A DNA stretch of 64,000 nucleotides from Bacteroidales bacterium (GTDB lineage Bacteria; Bacteroidota; Bacteroidia; Bacteroidales; Paludibacteraceae), in NCBI GenBank assembly GCA_015061185.1, contig SUWZ01000011.1, positions 3,328-67,327 of the forward strand, in the 5' to 3' direction. The notes under the pieces were generated by a model. It searched no databases. It saw only the letters and a list, made by a program, of their open reading frames with translations, and was not told the origin of the DNA. Positions 8,249 through 19,123 of this stretch are shown here, piece by piece. A program made the position numbers and the translations under genes. Positions within the stretch are counted from its first letter, which is position 1. The number at the start of each line of letters is the position of its first letter.

Positions 8249-10178
8249 AAAAATTCATTTTCGAGAAGTTTCTATTGAAGATAGGTGCTTGTGGAATAGT
8301 TATTTGTCTTTGTCTGATATTAGCTTTTGCGATTTTTCTTTTCTCAATATTTGTGCTTGGAAATTTTATTATCAGACCGAGTTAGCAGAATGGAAAGGTT
8401 ACTTGTTAATCAGACACTATTTTGATGACAATTATCACTACTTTTATCCGATAGGAGACGGGAACATAGTTGAAGTTTTAAATGATTTAAAAACTTTTGC
8501 CTTTGAGACTCATCACTCTTTCTTAATGGATTGCTTGACAATTGAACAATTAGAAGAGATAAAAACGATTTCCATACATCCTTTTTCGTTTAGTTTAGAT
8601 AGAAATTTCAGTGATTACCTCTATCGACGAGAAGATTGGATTGCTCTGAAAGGAAAACGTTTACAATCAAAACGAAACCATTTGAAACGTTTCTTGCTTA
8701 ACTATGAGTATGAATACAAACCCTATGAAGATGCTTACTTAAACGATTGCATTTCACTGACCAAACAGTGGATGAAGGAAAATCCAGAGCTGAATTGGAA
8801 CTCCATGAACAATGAACTACAAGTAATACGATTTGCCTTAAACCACCTAAAGCAATTAGATGGATATGGAGGAACCTTATGGGTGGATGGTAGGTTAGTT
8901 GCATTTTCTTTGGGTTCTCCTATCAATAAAGATACTTTTGTTGTACATATCGAAAAGGCAAACACTTCATACGAAGGGATTTATGTTGCCATGGGAAACA
9001 TATTCGCCCAAAATCTTCCTTGCAACTATACCTTCTTAAATCGTGAAGATGACATGGGATTGAAAGGATTACGTCAATCTAAATTATCTTATTCTCCTCA
9101 TAAATTGTTGGCTAAGTTTTCCATTGATTTTTCTGCTGAAAACACAATAGAAGAATCAAAATTAATGTCGCTGTGGGAAGCTGTCTTTCATGACAAACCA
9201 ACTTATATAAACAATTTTTTCTCCTATTTAAGAGGAGAATTAAATTATGTTTTCAAGCAAGATAAGGAGAATAAATTACTCTCTTCCATGTATTTGGTAA
9301 AGTATAAATTTCAACTACTTAAACAATCATTTCCTCTATATTATTTCTACTCAATAGCTACAGATAATTCTGTTCGAAATCAAGGATTGGCCACAGGCAT
9401 GATTTACGAGTCTCTATGGCGAGGATTTATCGAAAAAATTGGAATGGCCTTCTTAGTTCCTGCCAATCAAGAATTGATTAATTTTTACGCAAATTTCGGC
9501 TTTGCACCATGGGTGTATAGTAATGTTACAAATCATTCTTTCAATAAATTAGAGAGGGGAGAATCACGATTCCAATTATCTGAATGTCAGAACAATAAAA
9601 TGATACAAATTTCCTTGATGGAAATAATAAAAAATTCAGAACTTGCAATCTTACCATCAGATACAATACTCGATTTTTGGATTCAAGATACAAGAAATGA
9701 TGGAAAAGTTTTTTATTCCATCATTCAGAATGAAAAGGAGGTTGCTTGGATAATTGTTGAAAATTGTGATTGCGATAAACTCTTGAAAGTTTCAATTTTA
9801 GCTTCTATCACATCAATACCGGTCAACGACTTACTACTCTCTCTTAAAGAATTGTTTCCCAAGGTTTATTCTTTAGAAATACAACAACACTCATTAATAG
9901 GAGAAACTCCGCATTCTCTTTGCAGAATTATCCATCTACCAACGTTCTTAGACAAATATGTAACATTTTATCGTGGAGATTCCTTTGCATTTTATTACCA
10001 TGATGAATTATTGCCATCCAATAGCGGGTATTATGAAATATCAGTATCCGGATGGCAAAAAGTAGAAACACATTGTAACGAGTGCAAAATAGTTAATTCC
10101 TTAACAATAATCCCATTCCTACTTCGAGAAAAAATAGGGCATATAGGCAATTTTACCTACTGTTCAATACTGCAATAA
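8241..10178 (+). CDS. DUF2156 (LPG-synthase-C/FemAB-like) plus GNAT acetyltransferase fusion protein
   Basis: The N-terminal FCDFSFLNICAWKFYY region is typical of DUF2156. The C-terminal half has the RNQGLATG acyl-CoA-binding motif. It overlaps the upstream gene by 8 nt. Confidence 0.7.
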   Translation: MFEKIHFREVSIEDRCLWNSYLSLSDISFCDFSFLNICAWKFYYQTELAEWKGYLLIRHYFDDNYHYFYPIGDGNIVEVLNDLKTFAFETHHSFLMDCLTIEQLEEIKTISIHPFSFSLDRNFSDYLYRREDWIALKGKRLQSKRNHLKRFLLNYEYEYKPYEDAYLNDCISLTKQWMKENPELNWNSMNNELQVIRFALNHLKQLDGYGGTLWVDGRLVAFSLGSPINKDTFVVHIEKANTSYEGIYVAMGNIFAQNLPCNYTFLNREDDMGLKGLRQSKLSYSPHKLLAKFSIDFSAENTIEESKLMSLWEAVFHDKPTYINNFFSYLRGELNYVFKQDKENKLLSSMYLVKYKFQLLKQSFPLYYFYSIATDNSVRNQGLATGMIYESLWRGFIEKIGMAFLVPANQELINFYANFGFAPWVYSNVTNHSFNKLERGESRFQLSECQNNKMIQISLMEIIKNSELAILPSDTILDFWIQDTRNDGKVFYSIIQNEKEVAWIIVENCDCDKLLKVSILASITSIPVNDLLLSLKELFPKVYSLEIQQHSLIGETPHSLCRIIHLPTFLDKYVTFYRGDSFAFYYHDELLPSNSGYYEISVSGWQKVETHCNECKIVNSLTIIPFLLREKIGHIGNFTYCSILQ

Positions 10179-10207
10179 ATGACAATATTCCACTATCAGC
10201 CAGTAGA

Positions 10208-12673
10208 TTACTCTTTAAAATAGACTCGTTTTACACGTTTAGAGATACCTGCCAACACTTCGTAAGGAATTGTTTCTAACAATTGAGCCACATCTTGAAT
10301 GGAGTTTCCCTTTCCAAAAATTATTACATCATCGCCCTCTTTCACTTGCGGAACATCTGTTAAGTCAATCATACAAACATCCATACAGATATTTCCAACA
10401 AATGGTGCAAAGTGGTCATTAACAAGTACTCTTCCGTTGTAATTACCCAACTTTCGATTTAATCCATCCGCATATCCGATAGGAATAGCACCAATAATTG
10501 AATCTCTTTTCAAAACACCTTTTCTACTATAACCAATAGTATCGGAAGCGGACACTTTACGAATTTGCAAAATCTTTGTTTTCAATGTACACACCTCTTC
10601 CAATACATTGTTTGCAGCTGCACTCATACCATAGTGACCAATACCTAAACGAACCATATCAAACTGATATGAATTGAATCGCTCTATTCCGGCAGAATTT
10701 AGAATATGAGCTAAGATTTTATGCCGGAAACTACCTTCTATTTGAGTTCTCATAGACTGAAATTTCTCAATTTGCAACATTGTAAAAGTGTCAAAATCAG
10801 CACTATCTGACCCAACAAGATGAGAAAATAGAGAACGAATTTTCACTGCATTTTGCGATTTTAATCGCCCTATCAAACGTTCAATATCCTTTTCTTCAAA
10901 ACCTAAACGATGCATACCCGTATCCAATTTCAGATGAATGGGATAATCTGTAATACCTTGTTTTTCAGCTTCGTTAATAATCTTTTCTAACAATTGGAAA
11001 CTATACACCTCCGGTTCTAAATTATTTTCAAAAATTTTAGGGAAACTATTTAATTCAGGATTCATGACAACAATAGGAAGATGAATCCCCTCTTTTCTAA
11101 GAATTGCCCCCTCATCTGCAACAGCAACAGCTAAATAGTCACATCCATTATGTTGTAAAGTTTTAGCAACTTCAACATCTCCACTACCATAAGCATTAGC
11201 TTTCACCATGCTCATGATTTTAGTACCCGAATTTAGAAAAGATCGAAAATAGTTGAAGTTTCTAATCAAAGCAGAAAGATTTACTTCCAAAATTGTTTCA
11301 TGAACAATTGTTGCTAATTTATCGGTAATCTCCTCAAATCGGAATTTACGTGCACCTTTCAATAAGATGGCTTCAGAATGAAAATGAGTCGCATCAAAAT
11401 TTTTCAAAAAACTCTCTGTATCAGGGTAGAACTGACTTTGATTGACCTTAAATAAATCTTTATGTTTAAGTAGTTCTGTTCCAATACCAACAAAACGATT
11501 TACTCCCTTCTCATCCAACATCTTCGCTACCATCTCGTAAAGAGAATCATCATTAATCCCACTTTGGAAAATATCAGACAAGATAAGAGTTCTCTTCAAC
11601 TGTTTTGCTGTCGCTTGTTCTCGTAAAAAGTCCAATGCAATGCTTAATGAGTGAACATCCGAATTGTAACTGTCATTGATTAACAGACAATTGTTTTCTC
11701 CCTCTTTAACCTCCATTCGCATAGCAATTGGATCTAACTCCATCATTTTCTCTGCAATAGACTCAGTCGAGTAGCCCAAATAAAGCATTAAAGCCAAGCA
11801 AGGAAAAGAATTTTCTATAGAAACCTTGTGGATAAAGGGAATTGAATAATTATACTCCGTACCCTTATATTGATAAGTAATCGTAGTTTTGTCTGATACT
11901 TTTTTTTCGGAAGTAATTATAACATCCGCCTGAGAAGATCTTCCGTAGGTAAAAAAACGACTATTAGCATTCCATTGCTGAAAACAGATATCAACCAATT
12001 TTTCATCTTTGTTGTACAAAATTACCGGACAATTCTTAAACAACTTAATCTTTTCACTACATTTTTCTTTCAATGAGATAAAGTTTTCTTGATGAGCTTC
12101 ACCCAAATAAGTAAATATACCAATTGATGGATTAATAACCGGAGCAATCTTCTCCATCTCGCCTGGTTGAGAAATACCCGCTTCAAATACGCCCATTTGT
12201 GTATCTGAATCCAATCTCCAAACAGAAAAAGGAACTCCTATTTGAGAATTGTAACTACGTGGAGAACGAGTTATCTTATATTCATTTTGCAACAACTGAT
12301 AAATCCACTCTTTAACAATAGTTTTTCCATTGCTCCCTGTTATTCCAATAACCGGAATATCAAATTTATTACGATGATGTATTGTCAGTCGTTGCAGAGC
12401 TTCTACTGAATTATCAATACAGATGAAATTAGCTTCTGATAGATGAGAAAATCGTTGAAAATCAGTCTCAATTACAAAGTTTCTAACTTGGTTACGATAG
12501 GCCTCTTCAATGTATTCATGTCCATCATTTCTTCCGGTTTTTATAGCAAAAAACAAAGTCTCTTCAGGGAAGGTTATGGCGCGACTATCTGTCTGTAATC
12601 TTGTAATAGTTGAATTAGAATTACCATGCAATTCACCTCCAATTATATGAGCAATTTCGGAAATCGTGTACAT
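10208..12673 (-). CDS. murF: Bifunctional UDP-MurNAc-tripeptide--D-Ala-D-Ala ligase / alanine racemase
   Basis: The N-terminal half has GITGSNGKT (Mur ligase). The C-terminal half has VKANAYGSG (Alr PLP lysine). The 821-aa fusion is typical of Bacteroidota. Confidence 0.9.
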   Translation of the reverse strand: MYTISEIAHIIGGELHGNSNSTITRLQTDSRAITFPEETLFFAIKTGRNDGHEYIEEAYRNQVRNFVIETDFQRFSHLSEANFICIDNSVEALQRLTIHHRNKFDIPVIGITGSNGKTIVKEWIYQLLQNEYKITRSPRSYNSQIGVPFSVWRLDSDTQMGVFEAGISQPGEMEKIAPVINPSIGIFTYLGEAHQENFISLKEKCSEKIKLFKNCPVILYNKDEKLVDICFQQWNANSRFFTYGRSSQADVIITSEKKVSDKTTITYQYKGTEYNYSIPFIHKVSIENSFPCLALMLYLGYSTESIAEKMMELDPIAMRMEVKEGENNCLLINDSYNSDVHSLSIALDFLREQATAKQLKRTLILSDIFQSGINDDSLYEMVAKMLDEKGVNRFVGIGTELLKHKDLFKVNQSQFYPDTESFLKNFDATHFHSEAILLKGARKFRFEEITDKLATIVHETILEVNLSALIRNFNYFRSFLNSGTKIMSMVKANAYGSGDVEVAKTLQHNGCDYLAVAVADEGAILRKEGIHLPIVVMNPELNSFPKIFENNLEPEVYSFQLLEKIINEAEKQGITDYPIHLKLDTGMHRLGFEEKDIERLIGRLKSQNAVKIRSLFSHLVGSDSADFDTFTMLQIEKFQSMRTQIEGSFRHKILAHILNSAGIERFNSYQFDMVRLGIGHYGMSAAANNVLEEVCTLKTKILQIRKVSASDTIGYSRKGVLKRDSIIGAIPIGYADGLNRKLGNYNGRVLVNDHFAPFVGNICMDVCMIDLTDVPQVKEGDDVIIFGKGNSIQDVAQLLETIPYEVLAGISKRVKRVYFKE

Positions 12674-12706
12674 CTCTTTTATCTTTTTCAGTTTAAAACT
12701 TAAGTT

Positions 12707-13432
12707 CTATTGTTCATTCATTTGCTCTTGCAAATGTTTAGCAAAAAGTTTTTCGGTCTCTAATCCGGTCAACTTCTTCAGTTGTTTAAACAAATACCAT
12801 AAAGCAATCATCATAACACACGTAGAAGGTAAAGCTATCACAACATAACTATACATGGTCATATCAGCTAATTCCTGAGCAAAGGCTTCTGTTCCGGTAG
12901 GACTTTTAATCAAAATCTTGGCCAAGACAAAATTCAAAATTGCAGATAATAAAAATGAAGCCGCCAGCATGTAAGTAGTATTTTTTAGCACTTTTTCTAA
13001 CTCTACCTCCTTATTTTTTTCTTTTAATATTCTATTGATCTCTTCCACATCCAATATCTCCTCTTGGTAAAGTAATTTTTTTACAAGTGGAAAAGGTGTC
13101 TTTAGAGAAATTAAAACTGCAACTCCAATCAACAACGGTACAGCTGCTTCCTTGTAAGCCAACCATTCACTTGGAAATTCAAATATACCAATAACCCCTG
13201 TTAGTAAGATACTTACAAATCCAATAATAGAAATAAAATTGGTTTTCTTTTGTTTAAAATAATCATAAAAAAAGAAGGATATTGGGAACAAGAGAGCTAC
13301 CACCAACCCCCATATCGGACCTAATCTATCTTCTGTTGTAAACTTAGAGAGAATTAATACCGGTATAACAATATTAAATACAATACTTATTAATAAATTC
13401 TCATTTTTTTTTGCTTGTTTATTAGTTTCCAT
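12707..13432 (-). CDS. Multi-pass membrane protein (family not confidently recognised)
   Basis: Six or so hydrophobic helices with a charged central linker. No catalytic motif seen. Confidence 0.6.
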   Translation of the reverse strand: METNKQAKKNENLLISIVFNIVIPVLILSKFTTEDRLGPIWGLVVALLFPISFFFYDYFKQKKTNFISIIGFVSILLTGVIGIFEFPSEWLAYKEAAVPLLIGVAVLISLKTPFPLVKKLLYQEEILDVEEINRILKEKNKEVELEKVLKNTTYMLAASFLLSAILNFVLAKILIKSPTGTEAFAQELADMTMYSYVVIALPSTCVMMIALWYLFKQLKKLTGLETEKLFAKHLQEQMNEQ

Positions 13433-13536
13433 ATCTTCTATTTTTATTTAGCAAATTTCTGTAGAAATTTTGGATTATGCAATTAAGAAGCACTTTATTT
13501 TAGGCAATTTATAGTAATTTCTAAAATTTAGATTGT

Positions 13537-13727
13537 GAAGTTGTTTAAATTTTATTTCGAGCATATTTGAGAGAGATTTTTAAGGTTATTTTTATTATTT
13601 TTTTGCCGTTAATAGTGGACTATTATCAAAAAAGAATAATAAAAATAGCTTAAAAAGAATCTCAAAGATGCCGAAAATAAGAGAGTGAAACTCTAAAGTA
13701 TTTTTTCAATAAAATTTAAACAGCTTC
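13537..13727. mobile_element. MITE-like element, full copy, with about 20-bp terminal inverted repeats GAAGYTGTTTAAATTTTATT
   Basis: The left end is gaagttgtttaaattttatt. The right end is aataaaatttaaacagcttc. The interior is shared with 28403-28532. Confidence 0.6.
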
Positions 13728-14044
13728 TGAGTTAGTTTTGAAGATATTTTACACAGACTGATTTTATCAACGTGCATTTGTAATAAACCCACAAACAAAG
13801 CGAAACGTATTTATGTTTTCTATGACAATGGAACAAAATTGGAAAGTGAATTTTAGATAGGAGAGAAAGAATAGATAAAAAGGAATCCTAATCTAATTTA
13901 GGGATATAATCACAACCAATTATAACCATTGAATTACCTACAAAAAATATTCTCCAACTAAAGTAAACTCTACATTTTACTTTCAGGTAGGAAAAAGTAA
14001 CCAAAATTAGAATAGGAGATAGCATAAGCAAAACAAAAAAACAC

Positions 14045-14052
14045 TATCTTTG
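14045..14052 (+). promoter_or_regulatory. -7 box TATCTTTG for aspS
   Basis: TAnnTTTG lies 21 nt upstream of the ATG at 14073. Confidence 0.45.
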
Positions 14053-14072
14053 CAGAAAAGATAGATAAAATT

Positions 14073-15830
14073 ATGTATAGAACAAAATCATGTGGAGAAT
14101 TAAATCTCTCAAATAAAGGAGAAGTAGTAACTCTTGCCGGATGGGTTCAAAAAAACCGCAAATTAGGAGGTATGACCTTCGTTGATGTAAGAGATAGATA
14201 TGGCATAACTCAAATAGTATTTAACGAAGAAATTAACAAGGAGTTATGTGAAAAAGCAAACAAGTTGGGTAGAGAGTGGGTTATTCAAGTAACCGGAGTT
14301 GTTGAAGAAAGAAGCAGCAAGAACAAAAACATACCAACAGGAGAAATAGAAATTATTGCTCAAGAATTAAGAATCTTAAATGAATCTGAAGTTCCTCCAT
14401 TTACAATTGAAGATAATTCAGATGGAGGGGATGATATTCGTATGCAATATAGATACTTAGATATCCGTAGAAATCCTGTTAGAAATAATTTGGAATTGCG
14501 ACATAAAATTGCTTTTGAAGTACGTCGTTTCTTAGATAGCCAAAATTTCTTAGAGGTAGAAACTCCTGTATTGATTAAATCAACTCCGGAAGGAGCCAGA
14601 GACTTTATTGTCCCTTCTAGAATGAATCCGGGAGAATTCTATGCTTTGCCACAATCTCCACAACAATTTAAACAACTATTAATGGTTGCCGGCATAGACA
14701 GATATTTCCAAATAGTAAAGTGTTTTAGAGACGAAGATCTTCGTGCTGATAGACAACCAGAGTTTACTCAAATTGATTGTGAAATGTCTTTTGTTGAACA
14801 AGAGGACGTTTTAAATATTTTTGAAGATATGATTAAACATATTTTCAAATTCGTAAAAGGTATCGAGTTTGAAGGAAATTTCCCACGAATGTCTTGGCAT
14901 GATTGTATGAAATTGTATGGTTCTGATAAGCCTGATATGAGATTTGGAATGACTTTTGTCGAACTCAAAGATTTAACAGAAGGATATAACTTCCCCGTAT
15001 TTGATGCTGCAAATTTTGTTGTTGGAATCTGTGCTGAGGGTTGTGCTTCTTACTCTCGAAAACAAATTGATACATTGACAGACTTTGTAAAACGACCTCA
15101 AATTGGAGCTAAAGGCTTGGTCTATGTAAAATATGAAAATGATGGCTCTTTCAAATCGAGCGTTGATAAATTTTATGACCAAGCAGCTTTGGCAAAATGG
15201 TCAGAACGCTTTAACGCAAAGCCTGGAGATTTGATGTTAATCCTTTGTGGGGACGATGCAGACAAGACAAGAAAACAGATGAATGAACTCCGCTTGGAAA
15301 TGGGAGAACAACTTGGACTAAGAGATAAAAATAAATTTGCCCCTGTTTGGGTAGTCGATTTTCCTTTGTTTGAATGGGTTGAAGAAGAAAAACGATTCTA
15401 TGCAATGCACCATCCATTCACTTCTCCAAAACAAGAAGATATTCAATATTTGGATAGCGATCCGGGACGAGTAAGAGCAAATGCTTACGACCTAGCAATG
15501 AATGGCGTTGAATTAGGAGGTGGCTCTATTCGTATCTTTGACTCTCAATTGCAAAATAAAATGTTTGAACTTCTTGGTTTTACTCAAGAAAAAGCAATGG
15601 ATCAATTTGGATGTATCATCAATGCATTTAAATATGGTGCTCCTCCTCATGGTGGATTAGCCTTTGGATTGGACAGATTGGTATCAATGTTGGCAGGTTT
15701 GGATTCTATCAGAGATTGTATAGCTTTCCCTAAAAACAACTCTGGTAGAGATGTTATGATTGACTCTCCTTCAACTATTGATAAAGAACAATTAAAAGAA
15801 CTTTGCTTGGAGGTTAAACTTGGAGAGTAA
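14073..15830 (+). CDS. aspS: Aspartate--tRNA ligase
   Basis: 585-aa class IIb synthetase with the motifs [25 protein letters not shown] and GGLAFGLDR. Confidence 0.95.
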   Translation: MYRTKSCGELNLSNKGEVVTLAGWVQKNRKLGGMTFVDVRDRYGITQIVFNEEINKELCEKANKLGREWVIQVTGVVEERSSKNKNIPTGEIEIIAQELRILNESEVPPFTIEDNSDGGDDIRMQYRYLDIRRNPVRNNLELRHKIAFEVRRFLDSQNFLEVETPVLIKSTPEGARDFIVPSRMNPGEFYALPQSPQQFKQLLMVAGIDRYFQIVKCFRDEDLRADRQPEFTQIDCEMSFVEQEDVLNIFEDMIKHIFKFVKGIEFEGNFPRMSWHDCMKLYGSDKPDMRFGMTFVELKDLTEGYNFPVFDAANFVVGICAEGCASYSRKQIDTLTDFVKRPQIGAKGLVYVKYENDGSFKSSVDKFYDQAALAKWSERFNAKPGDLMLILCGDDADKTRKQMNELRLEMGEQLGLRDKNKFAPVWVVDFPLFEWVEEEKRFYAMHHPFTSPKQEDIQYLDSDPGRVRANAYDLAMNGVELGGGSIRIFDSQLQNKMFELLGFTQEKAMDQFGCIINAFKYGAPPHGGLAFGLDRLVSMLAGLDSIRDCIAFPKNNSGRDVMIDSPSTIDKEQLKELCLEVKLGE

Positions 15831-15844
15831 TTAGTCCTAAATAT

Positions 15845-15892
15845 AAAAGAAGGAGTATCCAACAGACAACGTGGTACTCCTTCTTTTTTATT
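15845..15892. terminator. Bidirectional rho-independent terminator
   Basis: Stem aaaagaaggagta / tactccttctttt followed by a T-run, between convergent genes. Confidence 0.7.
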
Positions 15893-15918
15893 CAATAATT
15901 TGTATCTTTATTTCAACT

Positions 15919-16683
15919 TTAATTTGTCTTAAATTTAATAACAGGGAACATCAAAGACATGGTTACATTAAATAACTGATTGTTTGAACGTTGGAAAACA
16001 TCAGCCTTGTTATTACTATATAAATCAGAAAAACCATACATATAACGACCTTCAAGTAGCAAATGCATCTTTCCAAGGATAAAATTAAAACCTAAACCTC
16101 CTGTAATACCATAACCAACAGTCTGATAATCATCCGATAAACGGGGATCATCAGACTTTAAAACCAATGAATATAACTCCTCTTCAACACCACTTTTTTG
16201 CAAATCTCCATAATCTAAAACAACGTTTAGTATTGGTCCTAAATTAACAAAAAAACGAAACTTCCTTTTTCCAAAATAGATATGCGCCAACAAAGGAACT
16301 TCAAGATAAGAAATATCACGTGATAGCATCATGCCATGTACATCCTCTGATATATCATTCTCACTATCATAGATAAACCAAGACCCGGAATCATCAATAA
16401 AACTCTCTTCCCAACCGGCTTTTACATAATTAGTTTCAATTTGTAAACCAAAATGATTTTGAGAAATATAACGACAAACAACACCCATTCGATAATTGGG
16501 AGTGAAAGATTGATTTCCCAACTGATTCATTCGGTTAGGCATATTAGGCAAAAAACTAACTTTAGAAAAATCAGCACCTCCTGTTATTCCTAAATCAACC
16601 TCTTGCTCAAAATCCCTTCTATATTGAGAAAATAGGAGAGTAGGCAATAAAATCCAAAGAAAAGAAAAAAATATTTTTTGCAT
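15919..16683 (-). CDS. Outer-membrane beta-barrel (porin/PorT-like) protein
   Basis: Signal peptide, alternating beta-strand pattern, and a C-terminal aromatic residue region. Confidence 0.65.
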   Translation of the reverse strand: MQKIFFSFLWILLPTLLFSQYRRDFEQEVDLGITGGADFSKVSFLPNMPNRMNQLGNQSFTPNYRMGVVCRYISQNHFGLQIETNYVKAGWEESFIDDSGSWFIYDSENDISEDVHGMMLSRDISYLEVPLLAHIYFGKRKFRFFVNLGPILNVVLDYGDLQKSGVEEELYSLVLKSDDPRLSDDYQTVGYGITGGLGFNFILGKMHLLLEGRYMYGFSDLYSNNKADVFQRSNNQLFNVTMSLMFPVIKFKTN

Positions 16684-16688
16684 AAAAT

Positions 16689-18770
16689 TTACTTCTTTTT
16701 GATTTTGAGTTCCTCTTTTCTCTCTATTGGATACCTCTCCATTGTAACACCATTGACAGCACTTAATCCGGTAACATCATTATGATTGGTCATAAAGACA
16801 CAAGAGTTATAGAATCCACCTGTCTCTGATATTCTCTTAAAATGGAAGTCAGACTGCAAAGTATTACATTTAATTGAATCAATTGAAATCTCAAAATCAT
16901 GTCCGTACTTTGAAATTGCAGTAGAAAAATACATAGCCAAATCATATCCAAACATTCCATATTGTGGCAATGTATTCATCGGCTCTGCATGATAAAAACG
17001 TCTAAAATTCTTCAAGTAACTACGAACATCATCCTCTTGAAAATCAAGATAAAAAGGAGAAGCAAAGTAGGTATTAACCACAAACAAATCCTTACTAATA
17101 CTTTGGTAACTTTGCCACTCAGTAAAACCAAAAATTGCCACTTTTGTCTTCTCTGTAGGCAACATATTAATCATTGGTAGAACCTGACTTAGAGCTACTT
17201 GATTGGTTGTTATTGGTACAATGATATTCTCCTTGCTGGAAACCAAAGCATTACGAAGAGCTGAAACATTACTCAAGACAAGGCTCTTATATGCAATCTT
17301 ATTGGCTATCAACATTTGAGATAATGTATCTGCAAACGTCTTTTTATCATTGTAACTCTCATTGGAGAAGCTTAATAGAACAATATTCTTATCTTTAAAC
17401 TCCTTAATAAACAATTCAGACATCAAAAAATTCAATTGCTCTTCAGGAGTATTAATCTGAAATATATTCGGATTTACCAACGTTTCGTCTGCTTTTGAAG
17501 AAAAAGGGTTAATCAGTTTTACATTATTTTTCATTGCAAACTCACTCAATGGTTTAATCTGAGCTGTATAGGCAGGTCCAATCATAATATCCATATCCGT
17601 CAAATCTGAACTTTCCAACATAGCTCTCATATCCTCTTCACTTTTTCCTGAATCAAACACTGATAAATTGAATGACAATCCGGAACGTTTTAGGCTATCT
17701 ATAGCAATCAAAAATCCTTGGTAAAACTCCAAAATTTTATTGGTGTTACCATCAATCTTGCTCTTATCTGTCACCTTATTAAGTTGGAAAGGTAGAGCAA
17801 TAGCAATGTTTATCTCGGTTTTAGGGGTTGTTGACCGAACAAACAAATCTTGTAAATTCAAAATAGAGTCGTTCTTTAACGAATCCTCTAACATCGTTAA
17901 AGAATCTTGAGGAGAAATCAAAGAATCCGATACCAAATGAGTATTTACAAATACAGGAGGTATAATCACAACCATACCCTCTTTTAAACCATCTTTTACA
18001 GACGGATTCAAACGTATTATTTCCTCTTTTTTGATGGAATATTTCTTTGTAAGACTATATAATGTCTCTCTCTTCTTTACCGTATGATAAGTATAATTAA
18101 TAGCAGGCTTATTACGATCAGAATCTTTCATGGCTGTATTAGCAAAAACAGGAGGAATTATTAGCTTTTTTCCAATCTTTAATCCATCAGCTGCATCCGG
18201 ATTTAACTTTAAAATCTCCTCTTGCAAAATACCATAATGACGACTAATGCTGAATAACGTTTCCCCTTTCTTTACATCATGGACGGTAAAAGTAGGTTTG
18301 TTCTCTTTCTTTATTTTTTTTACCGTATCACTAACAGTCATTGTTTGCACAGAAATCGTTTTTTTCTCCGGGATTTTTACTTCTGTCCCATATTTTAACC
18401 CCTCTTCTTTTAAATTAGGGTTCAATGCATACAAATCATCGTATGTAACATCGTATTTTTTTGATAATGAATACAGAGTCTCTTTTTTATCCACTTTATG
18501 AGTTATATAACTTCTCTCCTTGATAGGTATTAGAATAACTGAATTAAAGGTCAACCCTTTTTCCGTTCCCGGATTTACTGCCTTAATCTCATCTTCAGTA
18601 ACACCAAAACGCTTGGATATCGAATAAAATCCTTCACTTTTTTGAACCGGGTATTCGTAGTAACTCTTACCATTCACTACTTTTATAGGGTAGTCCATCC
18701 CTGAATTAACCGATCCAAGGACAATATTCCCAACAAATAATAATAGACCTAATAAAAAATACTTTTTCAT
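16689..18770 (-). CDS. LysM-repeat protein with a periplasmic-binding-fold C-terminal domain
   Basis: Four LysM repeats are visible, for example GETLFSISRHYGILQEEILKLNP. A long C-terminal type-1 PBP-like region follows. Confidence 0.8.
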   Translation of the reverse strand: MKKYFLLGLLLFVGNIVLGSVNSGMDYPIKVVNGKSYYEYPVQKSEGFYSISKRFGVTEDEIKAVNPGTEKGLTFNSVILIPIKERSYITHKVDKKETLYSLSKKYDVTYDDLYALNPNLKEEGLKYGTEVKIPEKKTISVQTMTVSDTVKKIKKENKPTFTVHDVKKGETLFSISRHYGILQEEILKLNPDAADGLKIGKKLIIPPVFANTAMKDSDRNKPAINYTYHTVKKRETLYSLTKKYSIKKEEIIRLNPSVKDGLKEGMVVIIPPVFVNTHLVSDSLISPQDSLTMLEDSLKNDSILNLQDLFVRSTTPKTEINIAIALPFQLNKVTDKSKIDGNTNKILEFYQGFLIAIDSLKRSGLSFNLSVFDSGKSEEDMRAMLESSDLTDMDIMIGPAYTAQIKPLSEFAMKNNVKLINPFSSKADETLVNPNIFQINTPEEQLNFLMSELFIKEFKDKNIVLLSFSNESYNDKKTFADTLSQMLIANKIAYKSLVLSNVSALRNALVSSKENIIVPITTNQVALSQVLPMINMLPTEKTKVAIFGFTEWQSYQSISKDLFVVNTYFASPFYLDFQEDDVRSYLKNFRRFYHAEPMNTLPQYGMFGYDLAMYFSTAISKYGHDFEISIDSIKCNTLQSDFHFKRISETGGFYNSCVFMTNHNDVTGLSAVNGVTMERYPIERKEELKIKKK

Positions 18771-19123
18771 ATCTTAGATTTCTACTTTATGGTGAAAATG
18801 TTCACTAAATTATTTTCTCCATTTCATCTGCAAATATAATCAAACTAAAATTCAAAATCACACTCTGTTTTATCAAATTTTGAATTAAACTTAAATTATC
18901 TTAAAGAATTTTCTTTTTAATACTCCTTTAAATTGCAATTTAAAGTTTTTTTATCAATATAATATCTCAGCTTTTTAAGCTGAGATAGAACATTTTAGGA
19001 AAATGGTTCCGAAATTACTCTGATTGAAATTTTAGAATCTACCTTAATCACAATAACAAAAAGAGACTATGCCTCTATTTAGAATGACATAGCCTCTTGT
19101 ATAAATTATTCCTATACTTCTAA

